Shown one piece after another: positions 44,063 through 53,725 of a stretch of 64,000 bases of DNA (positions within the stretch are counted from its first letter, which is position 1; each line of letters opens with the position of its first letter). Source of the stretch: a bacterium (GTDB lineage Bacteria > UBA8248); NCBI GenBank assembly GCA_963692865.2, contig OY843592.1, positions 1,408,001-1,472,000 on the forward strand, written 5' to 3'. The translations under genes were made by a program, and so were the position numbers. Under the pieces are notes generated by a model. The model made no database searches. It worked only from the letters and a program-made list of their open reading frames with translations, and was not told the DNA's origin.

Positions 44063-45361
44063 TCACAGCCACGCGAACTTCGCGGCGAACAGGAGCGCGA
44101 CCCCGACAAGCGTCGGCGAGCATTCGCGCGCGCGTCCCGCCATCAGCTTGATCAGGGCGTAGGTGATGACGCCGACGCCGATGCCGTCGGCGATGGAGAA
44201 CGTCAGCGGTATGGCGATGACGGTCAGTACCGCCGCGGCCGATTCGGTGGCGTCGCTCCAGTCCAGGTCCATGAGCGGGCGCGCCATCAGGCACGCCACG
44301 TAGAGGATGGCAGCCGCCGTCGCGTAGGGCGGAACCGAGCCCGCGAGCGGGGCGAAGAACAGGCAGGCGAGGAACAGGACGGCCACGACCACCGCGCACA
44401 GGCCCGTGCGCCCGCCCGCGCCGGTTCCGGCGGCGCTCTCGATGTAGCTCGTCACGGGCGAGGTGCCGAGCAGGGCGCCCCCGACCGTTCCCGCCGAGTC
44501 GGCGATCAGCGCGCGCTGCATGCGCGGGAGCCGCCCTTCCTCATCCAGGAGGTTCGCCTGGTGCGCCACGCCGATGAGCGTGCCCGTCGTGTCGAACAGG
44601 TCGACGAGCAGGAACGTGAGAACCACGGCGAGCATGCTCGCCTGCAGCGCGCCGGCGATGTCCAGGGCGAAGAGCGTCGGCGTCGGGTCGGGCGGCAGCG
44701 AGGCGAAGCCCTTCCATTCGGAGACGCCGAACGCCAGGCCCGCGGCGGCGACCGCCAGCATCCCGATGAGCGCGGCGCCCGGCGCCCTGCGCGCGTCGAG
44801 CGCCACGATCAGGCAGAAGCCGGCCAGGCACAGCAGCGGTTCGGGCGTCGTCAGGTGGCCCACGGTGACCAGCGTCGCCTTGCTGCCCTGAATGACGCCG
44901 GCGTTCTTGAGCGCGATGACGCCCAGGAACAATCCGATTCCGGCCGCAATGCCCAGCTTGAGTCCCTGCGGTATCGCCTCGACGATCCAGCGCCGCACCG
45001 GCAGTATGCTGATCGCCAGGAACAACAGGCCGGAAACGAAGACCGCGCCCAGCGCGACCTCCCACTTGTGGCCGAGTCCGAGCACGACGCTGAAGGCGAA
45101 GAAGGCGTTCAGGCCCATGCCCGGCGCCAGCGCGATCGGGTAGTTGGCGTAGAGGCCCATAATCAGCGTGGCGCCCGCCGCCGAGAGGCAGGTGGCGACG
45201 AACACCGCGTCGAACGGCATGCCGGTGCTGGAGAGGATCTGCGGGTTCACGAAGGCGATGTAGGCCATCGTCAGGAACGTCGTCACGCCCGCCGTAATTT
45301 CCGTCCGTACGTCGGCGCCGCGCTGCGCCAGTCCGAAGAAGCGTTCAAGGGTATCGGTCAT
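44063..45361 (-). CDS. NCS2 (AzgA-like) purine permease
   Basis: TTFLTMAYI; APGMGLNAFF; FDTTGTL; YIESAAG; GGRTGL. Confidence 0.94.
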   Translation of the reverse strand: MTDTLERFFGLAQRGADVRTEITAGVTTFLTMAYIAFVNPQILSSTGMPFDAVFVATCLSAAGATLIMGLYANYPIALAPGMGLNAFFAFSVVLGLGHKWEVALGAVFVSGLLFLAISILPVRRWIVEAIPQGLKLGIAAGIGLFLGVIALKNAGVIQGSKATLVTVGHLTTPEPLLCLAGFCLIVALDARRAPGAALIGMLAVAAAGLAFGVSEWKGFASLPPDPTPTLFALDIAGALQASMLAVVLTFLLVDLFDTTGTLIGVAHQANLLDEEGRLPRMQRALIADSAGTVGGALLGTSPVTSYIESAAGTGAGGRTGLCAVVVAVLFLACLFFAPLAGSVPPYATAAAILYVACLMARPLMDLDWSDATESAAAVLTVIAIPLTFSIADGIGVGVITYALIKLMAGRARECSPTLVGVALLFAAKFAWL

Positions 45362-45500
45362 GGGTTCCTCTCACGGGTTTTCGGGGCGGGCGGTTCGGGG
45401 CGGCCTTCGGTTCGAGATTGCGCCGCAGTCTAATACAGCGCCGAGGATTTTTCGAGCGGGGGCCACATGGCCCACCCTAACGAGTCGATGCGGTTTTGTT

Positions 45501-46390
45501 CGTCATTCCGGCGCATGCCGGAATCCAGAACCGATGAGAAGGATAAATATCGGCATTCCATTCCCTCATTCATTCGCCGGGAATGACGGACAAAGAACAA
45601 AAGACAAAGTCCCTGGATTCCGGCATGCGCCGGAATGACGGTGAGCAATCTCGATTCAAGGGGATTGTTGAAAAACCCCACGCCGGGGGACATCGTTTTT
45701 ACCGGGAAGGCCGCTTCCGCGCGAACCCCCAAACCCCCTCGTCGGAACCACCCCCCCTATCCCCCCTTGTCAGGGGTCAAACGCGAGTGATGAACGAGCG
45801 TTTGCATAAGCCATTGACGAGAAACACATCGGCTCGCAAAACCTCCCTCTTCGGTCGGTTTTGACCCCTGACAAGGGGCTGTTGAAAAAGTTCACAAAAG
45901 GAGCACGCCGAATTTCACTCCCCCCTTGAGGGGTTGTTGAAAAACCTGTCCCTCTCGGATCAGCCACGTTTTATCCGTAGGGGCAATCCCTCCTCGGGAC
46001 TGCCCCACCATTCGCGAACGGCCCTTCCCGGAGAAGAAACGGGCGCTTCACGAAGCGCCCCTCCGGTCGCCATTCGAGATGGTATTGTATGTCGGACATA
46101 TATGTCCGACATATCATGCGACCCGCATATCGAACGGGGAGGGCCGCATGATATGCGGCCCCTACACCGCCACTCGAACGACGCCTATGGGGACAAGCCT
46201 CTGCGCCCGCCCGTATTTAGCGCCCGTCAGACAACCCTTTTCATCAGGACAGGCGCGGGGGCCTGTCCCTACGCAAGGATAGCGTCTTCGCAGGGCAGCC
46301 TCTTCTTCAGTCGAGGCTGACTCCGCCTTCTCCCGGTTTTCGTTTCCGGCAATCGGACGGACACACGGGTCCGCCCCGACGGTCCACCCC
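45501..46390. repeat. Mosaic repeat cluster 2
   Basis: CGTC doublet 45501-45640; CCCCTTGTCAGGGG/CCCCTGACAAGGGG pair; three GTTGAAAAA ends; GTAG palindromes. Confidence 0.9.
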
Positions 46391-46450
46391 CCCCGGTTGG
46401 TTTCCCCTTCCATGAAATGGTAGTTTGGTGCCGAAACGGGAGGAGACGCC

Positions 46451-47449
46451 TTGCGACGATTGTGGTTCATCATCCTGGCGGCGGCCCTGGGGCTGCCGGT
46501 CCATACGGCGGGCGACGCTCGGGCCGGGCCTGCGCGGGAGGACGCCCGGAATCAGGCGGCGCGGGCGCCTTTCGTCGTGGTGCTCGACCCCGGCCACGGG
46601 GGGCGCGACGCCGGCAGCCGCGGCGCGCGGCTTCTGGAGAAGGATTTCGCGCTCCGCGCGGCGGAGATGCTGGCCGCGCTCCTCGCAAGACGCCCCGAGG
46701 TGAAGGCGGTCCTCACGCGCGAGGCCGACACGGAGATGACCGCCGTCCAGCGCGCCTCGGTGGCGAACTACAACGCCGCCTCGTTGTTCCTCACCCTGCA
46801 CGCGGACGCCTCCTGGCGGCCCGGCGCGCGGGGGCCGGCCATCATGGTGGCGGCGCCCAGGCGTCCGCCGCGCGTGGCCGGGGAGGCGGCCCGGGCCGTG
46901 GCGTTCCGCTGGCAGCGGAGCCAGAACGTCCATCTGGCCTCGAACCGCCGCTTCGCCCTGGACCTGCAGAGGCGCTTCGCCGCCATCCGCGCGGGCGCGA
47001 GGCCGCCGCTCCGCATTCTCGCCGTGCGCGATCTGGAGGGCGCGCGCATGCCCGCGGCTTACGTGAGCCTGGGCGTCATCAGCACGCCCGAGGACGAGGC
47101 GCGCCTGAGCGAGACGGGAGAAGAGGACCCATACCTCACGGCGCTCGCCAGGGCGGTGCTCAAGTTCGCGGGCCTCACGGAAGACCTGCCGCCCAAACCG
47201 CCCGCGCCCGAAGAGGCCGCGCCGGTAGAGACTCCCGAATCGCAGGCCACACCGACTGAATCTTCACGGGTTCCGGAGACCCCTCCGCAGCCTGAATCTG
47301 GTGAACCCGAAGCCGCGCCGTCTGAATCTTCAGGGGCGCCCGATCCGCCTCGGCGGCCTGAATCTACTGAACCGCAACCCGCGCAGGCGGGATCGCCTCA
47401 GCCGGGGTCCGGGACGCAGAACGCCGCGCCTTCCGGGGAGGGCCGCTAG
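46451..47449 (+). CDS. N-acetylmuramoyl-L-alanine amidase family protein (Amidase_3), catalytic Glu apparently substituted
   Basis: Signal peptide; VVLDPGHGG; EK; TLHADA; MPAAYVSLG; Pro/Glu/Ser-rich tail. Confidence 0.85.
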   Translation: MRRLWFIILAAALGLPVHTAGDARAGPAREDARNQAARAPFVVVLDPGHGGRDAGSRGARLLEKDFALRAAEMLAALLARRPEVKAVLTREADTEMTAVQRASVANYNAASLFLTLHADASWRPGARGPAIMVAAPRRPPRVAGEAARAVAFRWQRSQNVHLASNRRFALDLQRRFAAIRAGARPPLRILAVRDLEGARMPAAYVSLGVISTPEDEARLSETGEEDPYLTALARAVLKFAGLTEDLPPKPPAPEEAAPVETPESQATPTESSRVPETPPQPESGEPEAAPSESSGAPDPPRRPESTEPQPAQAGSPQPGSGTQNAAPSGEGR

Positions 47450-47450
47450 G

Positions 47451-48242
47451 GTGGCGAAGAAACTCGCGCTGGCCGTCTTGATCATCCTCGTGAGCGGAGC
47501 GCTCGTCTGGAATTTCCAGGAAACCGTCTTGGACTTCATCGAGCGGGGCCGGGACGCCGAGGTAGACGACGCCGGGCGGCCCGGCGCCGCGCGCGCGCCG
47601 GGCGTGAAGAAGACGCTTTATTTCGCAAGCGCCGAGCAAGACGCGCTCGTTCCCTATCCCGTCGAGGTCGAGATCGGGAAGAAGGAGGTCGATACCCTGC
47701 GCAACGTGCTGGCGGCGCTCATCGCCGGACCCGAGAGGGAGGGGTACGCGCCGGTCATTCCCAAAGGAGTGAAGCTGCGCGCCGCGTTTCCGGGGCCGGA
47801 CGGGGTCGCCTACGTCGATTTCGACGAGGCCTTGAGAGACGCGCACCCGGGCGGCGTGTGGGCGGAACTGATGACCGCCTACGGCGTCGCCAACACCGTG
47901 ATCGGGAATTTTCCCGATCTGTACGATCGCGTGGCGCTGCTCATCGGGGGGCAGGAGGCGCTGAGCATCGCGGGCTCCCTGGCCATCACGGGCCCGCTCA
48001 AGGCGCGCGAGGAGTTGCTAATGAATCGCGCTCCCGCACCCGCCGCGGGCGGCGCATCCCAAGACGCGCGGGAGGCGGTTACGCAAAACGCCGCCACGGC
48101 CGCCCAGGGGCCTCCCGCGAGCGCCGTGGGCGAACCCAGGGAGACCCTCCCGCCGGTGGGCGGCTCTCCCCTCTCGCCGGTGGGCGTGCCCGAGAAAAAG
48201 CCGGACGTGGACGCGGTGGGCGCGCCGGGTGGGGATCGTTGA
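47451..48242 (+). CDS. GerMN domain protein
   Basis: N-terminal TM; TLYF; ALIAGP; AYVDF; HPGG; VANT. Confidence 0.88.
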   Translation: MAKKLALAVLIILVSGALVWNFQETVLDFIERGRDAEVDDAGRPGAARAPGVKKTLYFASAEQDALVPYPVEVEIGKKEVDTLRNVLAALIAGPEREGYAPVIPKGVKLRAAFPGPDGVAYVDFDEALRDAHPGGVWAELMTAYGVANTVIGNFPDLYDRVALLIGGQEALSIAGSLAITGPLKAREELLMNRAPAPAAGGASQDAREAVTQNAATAAQGPPASAVGEPRETLPPVGGSPLSPVGVPEKKPDVDAVGAPGGDR

Positions 48243-48292
48243 AAAAGCCTTAATGAACAAGGATTTAACGCGACCGATGAAAGTGTAAGAAT

Positions 48293-48463
48293 CACTCCCC
48301 CCTTGAGGGTCTGGCTTCCCGAGGGGAAAGCCAGACGAAGAGGCCGAGCCTTGGCGAAGGCCGATTCGGCGGGGGACATGGTGATAAAATCAAAAGCTCC
48401 CCCCACCAGTTCGCTTTCGGGCTTACGCCCTTAGCTCACTGACTCCCCCTCAAGGGGGGAGTG
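48293..48463. repeat. About 170-bp hairpin-ended element, copy 1 (intact)
   Basis: CACTCCCCCCTTGAGGG...CCCTCAAGGGGGGAGTG terminal inverted repeats; near-identical to 48778-48938. Confidence 0.92.
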
Positions 48464-48537
48464 TTTCCATACTGCGTGTTAATCGGTATTGCTCGCGAGG
48501 AGGGAGTGAACTTCAAGACCATCGAGGTCGAACACGG

Positions 48538-48777
48538 GCGGTGTAGGGGCCGCATATCATGCGGCCCGCCGCCGGAGGGGCGAAAAGGCCGGGCCGCATG
48601 ATATGTCGGACATATATGTCTGACCTACACACCCTCTTGAAAGACGACCGTGGGGGCGCTTCGTGAAGCGCCCGTTTCTTCTCCGGGGCGGGGCGTTGAT
48701 GAACGCCCCACGTTCGCGAACGGCCCCTACGGGTAAAACGTGGTTGATCCGAGAGGGACGGATTTTTCAACAGCCCC
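48538..48777 (-). repeat. About 240-bp composite repeat, inverted homologue of 45930-46170
   Basis: Shared GTTGAAAAA..TCCCTCTCGGATCA..GGAGAAGAAACGGGCGCTTCACGAAGCGCCC..GACATATATGTC..GCGGCCCCTACAC. Confidence 0.88.
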
Positions 48778-48938
48778 TTGAGGGTCGGGCTTCCCGAGGG
48801 GAAAGCCAGACGAAGAGGCCGAGCCTTGGCGAAGGCCGATTCGGCGGGGGACATGGTGATAAAATCAAAAGCTCCCCCCACCAGTTCGCTTTCGGGCTTA
48901 CGCCCTTAGTTCACTGACTCCCCCTCAAGGGGGGAGTG
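48778..48938. repeat. About 170-bp hairpin-ended element, copy 2, interrupted at its left hairpin loop
   Basis: Direct repeat of 48303-48463 with very few substitutions. Confidence 0.92.
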
Positions 48939-49039
48939 AATTGTCTCTCTCCTTGGCTTGTAGCGATCCTATGGAGGGTGTGGTTTTGTTTGTCATTCCG
49001 GCATTGCAGGCGTTTCCCAACAGCCCCCTGTAATTCGCG

Positions 49040-50413
49040 TCAGGCGCACGCCTCGCGTATGGATTCCTCCAGAACCCCCACCATCCGGCTGATCTCCTCG
49101 TTCGTCACGCAGTAAGGCGGCATCAGGACGATCACGTCGCCCAGGGGCCGCACGGCGAGGCCGCGCCTTCTCGCCGCCAGGATGACCGCGCGCCCCTTGC
49201 GCTCGGCGGGCGTGTAGGGTTCCTTCGTCGCCTTGTTCTTCAAAAGCTCCACGCCGACCATCCAGCCCAGGCCGCGCGCCTCGCCCACGTGGGCCGAGGC
49301 TTTCAGCCGTTCGAGTTCGCTCCAAAGGCGGACAATCTTCGCCCGGTTCGTTTCGATGGTGCGTTCTCTCTCGAAAATTTCGAGGTTCGCAAGCGCCGCG
49401 GCGCAGGCGAGCGGGTTCCCCGTGTAGGAGTGCCCGTGAAAGAACGCCCGGCCCGTCTCGGGCGGTCCGCGGAATGCGTCGAAAATCTCCTCGCTCGCGA
49501 GCGTCGCCGCCAGCGGCAGGTAGCCGCCCGTGATGCCCTTGGCGAGGCACAGGATGTCGGGGGAGACGCCCTCGTGCTCGCAGGCGAACATGGGGCCGGT
49601 GCGCCCGAAGCCCGTGGCGACCTCGTCCGCTATCAGGAGCACGTCGTGCGCCGCGCACGCCTCGCGCACCTTATGGAGAAAGCCCGTCGGCTGGACGATC
49701 ATCCCCGCCGCTCCCTGCACCATCGGCTCCAGGACCACCGCCGCTAGATGCGGCGCGTTCTCCGCGATGTGATGCGCGATCTCATCGCCCGAACACACCG
49801 GACACGGCGGGCGCTCCGCCCCCCTCGGGCACCAGAAGCAATAGGGCGCCTCAGCTCTCATGGTCTGGAAGAGGAGCGGCCCGAAGATGTGGTGGAACAG
49901 GTCGATTCCGCCCACAGACACCGCGCCGACCGTGTCGCCGTGGTAGGCCAGGTTCAGGGTGAGGAACCTGTCTTTCTCAGGCTTGGGGTCTTTTCTCTGC
50001 TTTTGGTATTGAAACGCCATCTTGAGGGCGATTTCCACCGCCGTCGCGCCCGAATCAGAATAAAAAACGCGGGTGAGGCCTTCTGGCGCGATTCGCGTGA
50101 GCTTTTCGGCGAGTTCGATGGCGGCGGGATTCGCCATGCCGAGCTGGGTGGTGTGGGCGATCCGCCCAAGCTGGGCGCGGACGGCCTCGTCTATCTCTTC
50201 CTTGCGGTGTCCGTGTATGTTCACCCACAGGGAGGACACGCCGTCCAGGTAGCGCCCGCCCTCCACGTCGATCAGGTACGCCCCCTCGCCGCGCTCGACG
50301 ATGAGCGGCGGGTCCTCATTCTCCCACTCGTCCATGGGGGTGAAGGGATGCCAGAGGTGCTTCCTGTCCGCGTCTGTCAGTCGGCGGAGGCGCCCCGCTT
50401 CGTCGGTGCTCAT
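49040..50413 (-). CDS. bioA: Adenosylmethionine--8-amino-7-oxononanoate transaminase
   Basis: LWHPFT; SSLWVNIHGH; DSGATAVE; YHGDT; DEVATGFGRTG; AKGITGGYLP. Confidence 0.95.
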   Translation of the reverse strand: MSTDEAGRLRRLTDADRKHLWHPFTPMDEWENEDPPLIVERGEGAYLIDVEGGRYLDGVSSLWVNIHGHRKEEIDEAVRAQLGRIAHTTQLGMANPAAIELAEKLTRIAPEGLTRVFYSDSGATAVEIALKMAFQYQKQRKDPKPEKDRFLTLNLAYHGDTVGAVSVGGIDLFHHIFGPLLFQTMRAEAPYCFWCPRGAERPPCPVCSGDEIAHHIAENAPHLAAVVLEPMVQGAAGMIVQPTGFLHKVREACAAHDVLLIADEVATGFGRTGPMFACEHEGVSPDILCLAKGITGGYLPLAATLASEEIFDAFRGPPETGRAFFHGHSYTGNPLACAAALANLEIFERERTIETNRAKIVRLWSELERLKASAHVGEARGLGWMVGVELLKNKATKEPYTPAERKGRAVILAARRRGLAVRPLGDVIVLMPPYCVTNEEISRMVGVLEESIREACA

Positions 50414-51189
50414 GCGGGGCGTTCGGCGAGGATGACGGCTTCCTGCTCATCGAAGGCGAACGCACCGTCCTCCTCGCGCGGGTCGAGCCAGTAGGCGATG
50501 GCGGGCGAGGCGCTTTCGAGATATGCGCGAAGCGCCGCCTTGTCCGCGTCCGTGAGGTGGGGACGGTTCACCCACTCGGAGAGCACCATCTTCTTACGGA
50601 GCGTCTCCGAATAGAGGACGCGGAAGCCCGCCGCCTCCAGCATCTCCACCAGGTCGGGCAGGCTGTCGCATCGGTTGTGGCTCGGGTCGCGCAGGCGCTC
50701 GAAATCGTTGTAGCTGTCCTGCTCCCTGGGTTCTTCCGGCGCGATGTTGTCGATGTAGACGAGCCTGCCGCCGGGTTTCAGGACGCGGAACATCTCGCGC
50801 ATCGAGGCCTCTACGTCGGGGAAATGATGTGGCGCGATGCGCACCGATACCGAATCGAGCGCGCCCGTCTGGACGGCGATGCTCTCGGCGTCGGTTCTGA
50901 GATAGGAGACGTTCCCGACGCCCTTCTCCTCCCCTAATCTTCGCGCGGAATCGAGCATGCCGGCGGTCAGGTCGCTCGCGATGACGTGGCGGCACTTCTC
51001 CGCCATCCGGTAGGCCGTGTGGCCCGCGCCCGTGGCGACGTCGAGATGGACGCCTCCGCTCGGGTTCAGCACCTCGGCGGAGCGCGCAAGCGAACTGCTC
51101 CGCGCATGCGGCGCGCTGGTGACATAGTAGTCCGAATCCTGGTTGTAAATCTTCTGTACGGCCTCTCGCTGCTCCCTGGACGTGTCCAT
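50410..51189 (-). CDS. Class I SAM-dependent methyltransferase
   Basis: LDVATGAGH; RIAPHHF; RVLKPGG; LRDPSH; stop overlaps the bioA start (ATGA). Confidence 0.88.
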   Translation of the reverse strand: MDTSREQREAVQKIYNQDSDYYVTSAPHARSSSLARSAEVLNPSGGVHLDVATGAGHTAYRMAEKCRHVIASDLTAGMLDSARRLGEEKGVGNVSYLRTDAESIAVQTGALDSVSVRIAPHHFPDVEASMREMFRVLKPGGRLVYIDNIAPEEPREQDSYNDFERLRDPSHNRCDSLPDLVEMLEAAGFRVLYSETLRKKMVLSEWVNRPHLTDADKAALRAYLESASPAIAYWLDPREEDGAFAFDEQEAVILAERPA

Positions 51190-51313
51190 GCGGCTCCTCG
51201 ATGAGAACGGGAATATCGGCTTGCGGGGGGAGTATTTCCAGAAAACCGGTTTTGAGGCAAGCACCTGGCGGGTCAATCGCGACTGATGAAGGAGTGATTG
51301 ACGCGACTGATGA

Positions 51314-51540
51314 GGGGTTGTTGAAAAAGTCCCCGGAAGCAGGGAACGGGTTTCCCGTAGGGGCGGACCTGCGTGTCCGCCCGGTTGTTGATGCGGACCT
51401 TGTTGAGGTTTTTCTACCCCTTTGGTGTTCCAGTTCCCGATATCCGTTCGATATGCGAACTTCGCGTTTGGGGCGGACACGCAGGTCCGCCCCTACAAAA
51501 GACGCAAACGCTAATTCATCGAGCTTTTTCAACAAACCCC
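51314..51540. mobile_element. Non-autonomous MITE-like element carrying a GTAG REP doublet
   Basis: GGGGTTGTTGAAAAA...TTTTTCAACAAACCCC enclosing GTAGGGGCGGACCTGCGTGTCCGCCC and its inverted copy. Confidence 0.75.
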
Positions 51541-51690
51541 TCAAGGGGGGAAGTGAACTTCAAAAGCGTGCGCGAAAAAATCGCTTCTCGGGGATTTTCC
51601 AATGCTCCCGGCAGAGGAGGGCTGTGTCCAGGCAGACTCTACATGTGAGCCGGTCCACGTCGGGAAAGAGAGATCGGATTTGAGTTTGGC

Positions 51691-52320
51691 CTAAAGCGGC
51701 CTCAATACCGCGCGCGCGGGCGCGCCGTCTCGGCCCGGGAACAGGGCGGGCAGGGCGATGAGCTCGTAATCGCCCTCGGGCGCATCGGCGAGGTTCAGCC
51801 CTTCGAGCAGCACGACGCCCAGCGGCATCAGCAGCATGTGGACGGGCGCGTTGGGGTCGGGCGCGTCCACGCCGAGATAGTCCACGCCCAGGAGCTCCAT
51901 CCCGTGGTCGTAGAGAAGCTGCCCGGCTTCGGGCGTCATGTGGCAGTAGTCGGGGCTGTAGGGCTTCGACCACCATCCCTCGTCCGAGTTTCGCGTCTTG
52001 ATGAGAAAGCGCGTGGCGCCTTCGAGGTTCTTGGTGGCGAGCTCCTCCGCCGTGATGCACTCGTGGTTTTCGACCGCGATCACCCGGGCGGGACCCATGA
52101 GGGTTTCGAGGTTCAGCGTCTCGATGCCGCCCGCATCGTGCAGGTAGTGCATGGGCGCGTCCACGTGCGTGCCGGCGTGCACGCCGAAGAGGACTTCGGT
52201 GAGGCAGACGTCGTCGCCTGCGTCGAAGGATTTGTGGAAGCGTATCGAGAGCCCCGGGTTTCCGGGGTAGATGGGCATTTTCCCTTCTTCTACGGGAACG
52301 GATATGTCGATGATGGCCAT
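51691..52320 (-). CDS. Cyclase family protein (kynurenine formamidase-like)
   Basis: YPGNP; HAGTHVDAPMH; GVDYL; DGAPARA. Confidence 0.92.
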   Translation of the reverse strand: MAIIDISVPVEEGKMPIYPGNPGLSIRFHKSFDAGDDVCLTEVLFGVHAGTHVDAPMHYLHDAGGIETLNLETLMGPARVIAVENHECITAEELATKNLEGATRFLIKTRNSDEGWWSKPYSPDYCHMTPEAGQLLYDHGMELLGVDYLGVDAPDPNAPVHMLLMPLGVVLLEGLNLADAPEGDYELIALPALFPGRDGAPARAVLRPL

Positions 52321-52525
52321 GCGCGCTCCTCCGGCGGGATGGGGTGGGATTGGATGAGACTAGGATATCAAAAAACGGCGTGGGGTGTCCAAACGGGGGT
52401 TTTCGGGGTTGATCGCGACCGCTGCGTGAGGCCGCATTGATCCATGGGATGATGCTTCTCTCCCGCTCGCCCTCCGCCCTCGAATCATCCCCCTTCCTTC
52501 CTCACCGGTCGGGATCGACCACCGT

Positions 52526-52730
52526 CGTCATTCCGGCTTTCGCCGGAATGACGAACAAAACCGCACCGCCTCTTTCCTCACCCTGAGTAGCCGCCGAAGG
52601 CGGCGTATCGAAGGGCGAGGGGAGTCGAACGACCCACGCCGGTGCGAGAGGGCATCCTTCGATACGCGGCTTCACCGCTACTCAGGATGAAGCGGAGAGG
52701 ACTTTTTCAACAGCCCTGACAAGGGGGGTT
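52526..52730. repeat. Repeat cluster: collapsed CGTC palindrome, CTCACCCTGAG...CTCAGGATGA doublet, IS-like right end
   Basis: CGTCATTCCGGCTTTCGCCGGAATGACG; GCGTATCGAAGG/CCTTCGATACGC; TTTTTCAACAGCCC. Confidence 0.85.
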
Positions 52731-52831
52731 GGCGGTGGGGGAGAAGCAGACCGCATGTGGTAAGGCTTTTTAAGTGGAGAAGATGGAACTTGAGAAATTC
52801 ATGACGAGGCGAAAACGGGAAGGACGAAGCG

Positions 52832-53044
52832 ATGGGTTCCCATCCGGTGAAAAACAGGCGCAAGGACGAACCGCCGAACGAAGCGGAAGAAACCGCCGAG
52901 GATGCGATTGATTTCGAGATAGCGGCGAAACGATGGCGCGATCTCAAGAAAGGCCGCGACTCGCTCGTTACGGATGAAGGACGGGTGGTCGATTTTGATG
53001 ACTTCGTGATTCTGCGCATGGACCCGGCCGGGGAGAGCACCTGA
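52832..53044 (+). CDS. Hypothetical 70-aa acidic protein
   Basis: AAGGA upstream; only plausible ORF between two repeat clusters. Confidence 0.45.
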   Translation: MGSHPVKNRRKDEPPNEAEETAEDAIDFEIAAKRWRDLKKGRDSLVTDEGRVVDFDDFVILRMDPAGEST

Positions 53045-53077
53045 CAACCGCTCCCCCTTGTAGAGCGCTAAACTGTT

Positions 53078-53265
53078 ACTCCCCCTCAAGGGGTTGTTGA
53101 AAAACCCCCTCCTCGCTCGGAATTCACCACCGCCGTCATTCCGGCGCATGCCGGAATCCAGAGCAGACGGGGATACCGAATCGCAGGACGACCAGGAAAA
53201 ACGATAAAGCGAAAAGACAAATTCAAAAACAAAGTCCCTGGATTCCGGCATGCGCCGGAATGACG
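53078..53265. repeat. Hairpin half-site + IS-like left end + CGTC REP doublet
   Basis: ACTCCCCCTCAA|GGGGTTGTTGAAAAA, then CGTC doublet 53134-53265. Confidence 0.88.
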
Positions 53266-53303
53266 ATCAAAACCGCATTCAACCGTAGCGGGGTGGTTGC
53301 CCT

Positions 53304-53678
53304 TCACGCTTTCACCGATTGAGCAGCGCTTTCGGTCGGATGGCCGTCGCGCTTCCACCAGTCGAGTCCGCCCATGAGTTCCTTCACCCCGAAGCCGAGC
53401 CGCGTCATGTTGAGCGCGCCCTTGGTCGAGGCGTTGCAGCCGATGCCGTCGCAATAGGTGACGATGAGGGCATCCCCGTCGAGGTGCCCGGTGGTATCGG
53501 GGTTCATCTGCCGGTGCGGGATGTTGATCGCGCCGGGGATGTGCTCTTCCTCGTATGCCTCGGGCGAACGCGCATCGATGACGACGACGTTCTCGCCTTG
53601 TTCCATCGCGACTTTCAGGTCCCATGAATCGGTTTCATAGGCCAGCTTGTTCGCGTAGTGGTCGAGCTGTTCGTTCAT
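53304..53678 (-). CDS. Rhodanese-like domain protein
   Basis: VIDARS; HIPGAINIP; YCDGIGCNAS; GGLDWW. Confidence 0.92.
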   Translation of the reverse strand: MNEQLDHYANKLAYETDSWDLKVAMEQGENVVVIDARSPEAYEEEHIPGAINIPHRQMNPDTTGHLDGDALIVTYCDGIGCNASTKGALNMTRLGFGVKELMGGLDWWKRDGHPTESAAQSVKA

Positions 53679-53725
53679 TGGATATCCTTGATTTAAGCGC
53701 TCATCATCTTTGAGTGGCAGTCCCC

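Noticed and set aside
43297-48917. ORFs inside repeat clusters (e.g. the twin MGGAFDFITMSP ORFs and MDSGFRRND-type ORFs)
   Set aside because: Translations of non-coding palindromic repeats; the similarity reflects DNA repeats, and no transposase motifs are present.
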